Origin: Octopus bimaculoides
Lineage: Eukaryota
Direction of reading: 5' to 3'
Assembly: GCF_001194135.2 (NCBI RefSeq)
Contig: NC_068983.1
Coordinates: 85,013,240 to 85,065,013 of the forward strand
DNA: 51,774 nt
Part shown: piece after piece, positions 50,917 through 51,774 of the stretch
Numbering within the stretch: position 1 is the stretch's first letter
Layout of the letters: every line of letters starts with the position of its first letter
The notes under the pieces: model-generated
What the model saw: the letters and a program-made list of their open reading frames with translations, nothing else
Databases searched by the model: none
Told to the model about the DNA's origin: nothing
Translations under genes and position numbers: made by a program

Positions 50917-51279
50917 CACTGTCTGTAGCTGGTCTTCTCTTGGAAGAGCCCTGCTTCTCACATGGACAACTGTATGTTGGCTGCTCAAGAGTGGGCAGCA
51001 ACAAAAAACCTATTTGTATATGCTCCACAAGGGAAAACAAGGAACATAGTTTACAATGAGGTGTTATAATCACAACTGCAAGAAAGTATGTACGTGATCA
51101 CCTTCTTTTACGAAACTTCATTGACTTTCATATATTAATATTGATATACATATATATACGTGTGTTTGGGTGCGTGTGTGTATATACATCTCTATATATA
51201 AAGAGGATGCGTAGTCTAGACGGCGTTTTTAGATTTCATTATTCTCTTTAACCCGGGCAACGCCGGGTATTTCTGCTAG
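50917..51279 (+). mobile_element. Helitron 3' end (PIF1-type helicase C-terminus, subterminal hairpin, CTAG)
   Basis: SLSVAGLLLEEPCFSHGQLYVGCSRVGSN, then after a +1 A in a homopolymer KNLFVYAPQGKTRNIVYNEVL*. Hairpin acccgg-gcaacg-ccgggt (51251-51268), then CTAG at 51276-51279 followed by T. Confidence 0.88.
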
Positions 51280-51528
51280 TTTATTATAAAATAATAAGCA
51301 AATAACAATGATATGGATGGCAGTATTATCGTAAACAGATTCATCATTTTCTAAAATAATTATTGAACAATACAATTAAGCAAAGAGTTTGTTGGTTACA
51401 TAAATGCCATATCTCTCTAAATTCTATACCGTAATGAACAGGTCGTATGACATCAGCTTTACGTTCTCGTGGAGACTATTCAGAAATTCCATGTAAAAAT
51501 TATCAGCTTGAGAAAGATGAAATATTGG

Positions 51529-51743
51529 CTTCAAGTTTAGGCACAAGGACAGCAAATTCTGTGGCAGGGGGTGGAAATCGATTTCATCGACCCCAGTACT
51601 TAACTGATACTTATTTTATCGACTCTGAAAAGGACGAAAGGCAAAGTCGACCCTGGCGGCATTTGAACTCAGAACGTAAAGTCGAAAAAAATGTTCACTC
51701 AGCATTTTTTTCGGCACAGTTTCCATTCTGTCACCTCGCTGCC

Positions 51744-51746
<3 letters not shown>
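51529..51746 (-). mobile_element. SINE family B
   Basis: ggcacaaggacagc...atcgaccccagtacttaactgatacttattttatcgac...gaaaggcaaagtcgaccctggcggcatttgaactcagaacgtaaag...cctcgctgcct. Confidence 0.78.

Positions 51747-51774
<28 letters not shown>

Overview
Eukaryotic, AT-rich, microsatellite-saturated genomic DNA with many N gaps. The repeat families and assembly style suggest a cephalopod (Octopus-like) draft genome; this is inference. Only one host protein-coding region is supportable: a minus-strand secreted neuropeptide precursor (15164-15778) with a signal peptide and a 4-Cys peptide ending in HFA-G-KR, inside a probable 859-nt exon. The rest is a layered transposon landscape: Tc1/mariner relics of several lineages, R4/Dong-like RLE LINE fragments, Tx1/L1-like and RTE LINE fragments, a Helitron 3' end and at least three tRNA-derived SINE families. 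Highlights that an ORF track misses: (i) type I hammerhead ribozyme motifs of the Penelope/retrozyme kind, one with a fully consensus core (32632-32732); (ii) two diverged R4-like LINE copies, each embedded in (CATA)n with the same polarity, suggesting a tetranucleotide-targeting retrotransposon; (iii) a 38.7-46.9 kb nest where LINEs and SINEs meet at (TAA)n tracts. All calls were made by eye; most TE boundaries are approximate and family names need database confirmation. Nearly all long ORFs in the supplied track are artefacts of N runs or microsatellites.
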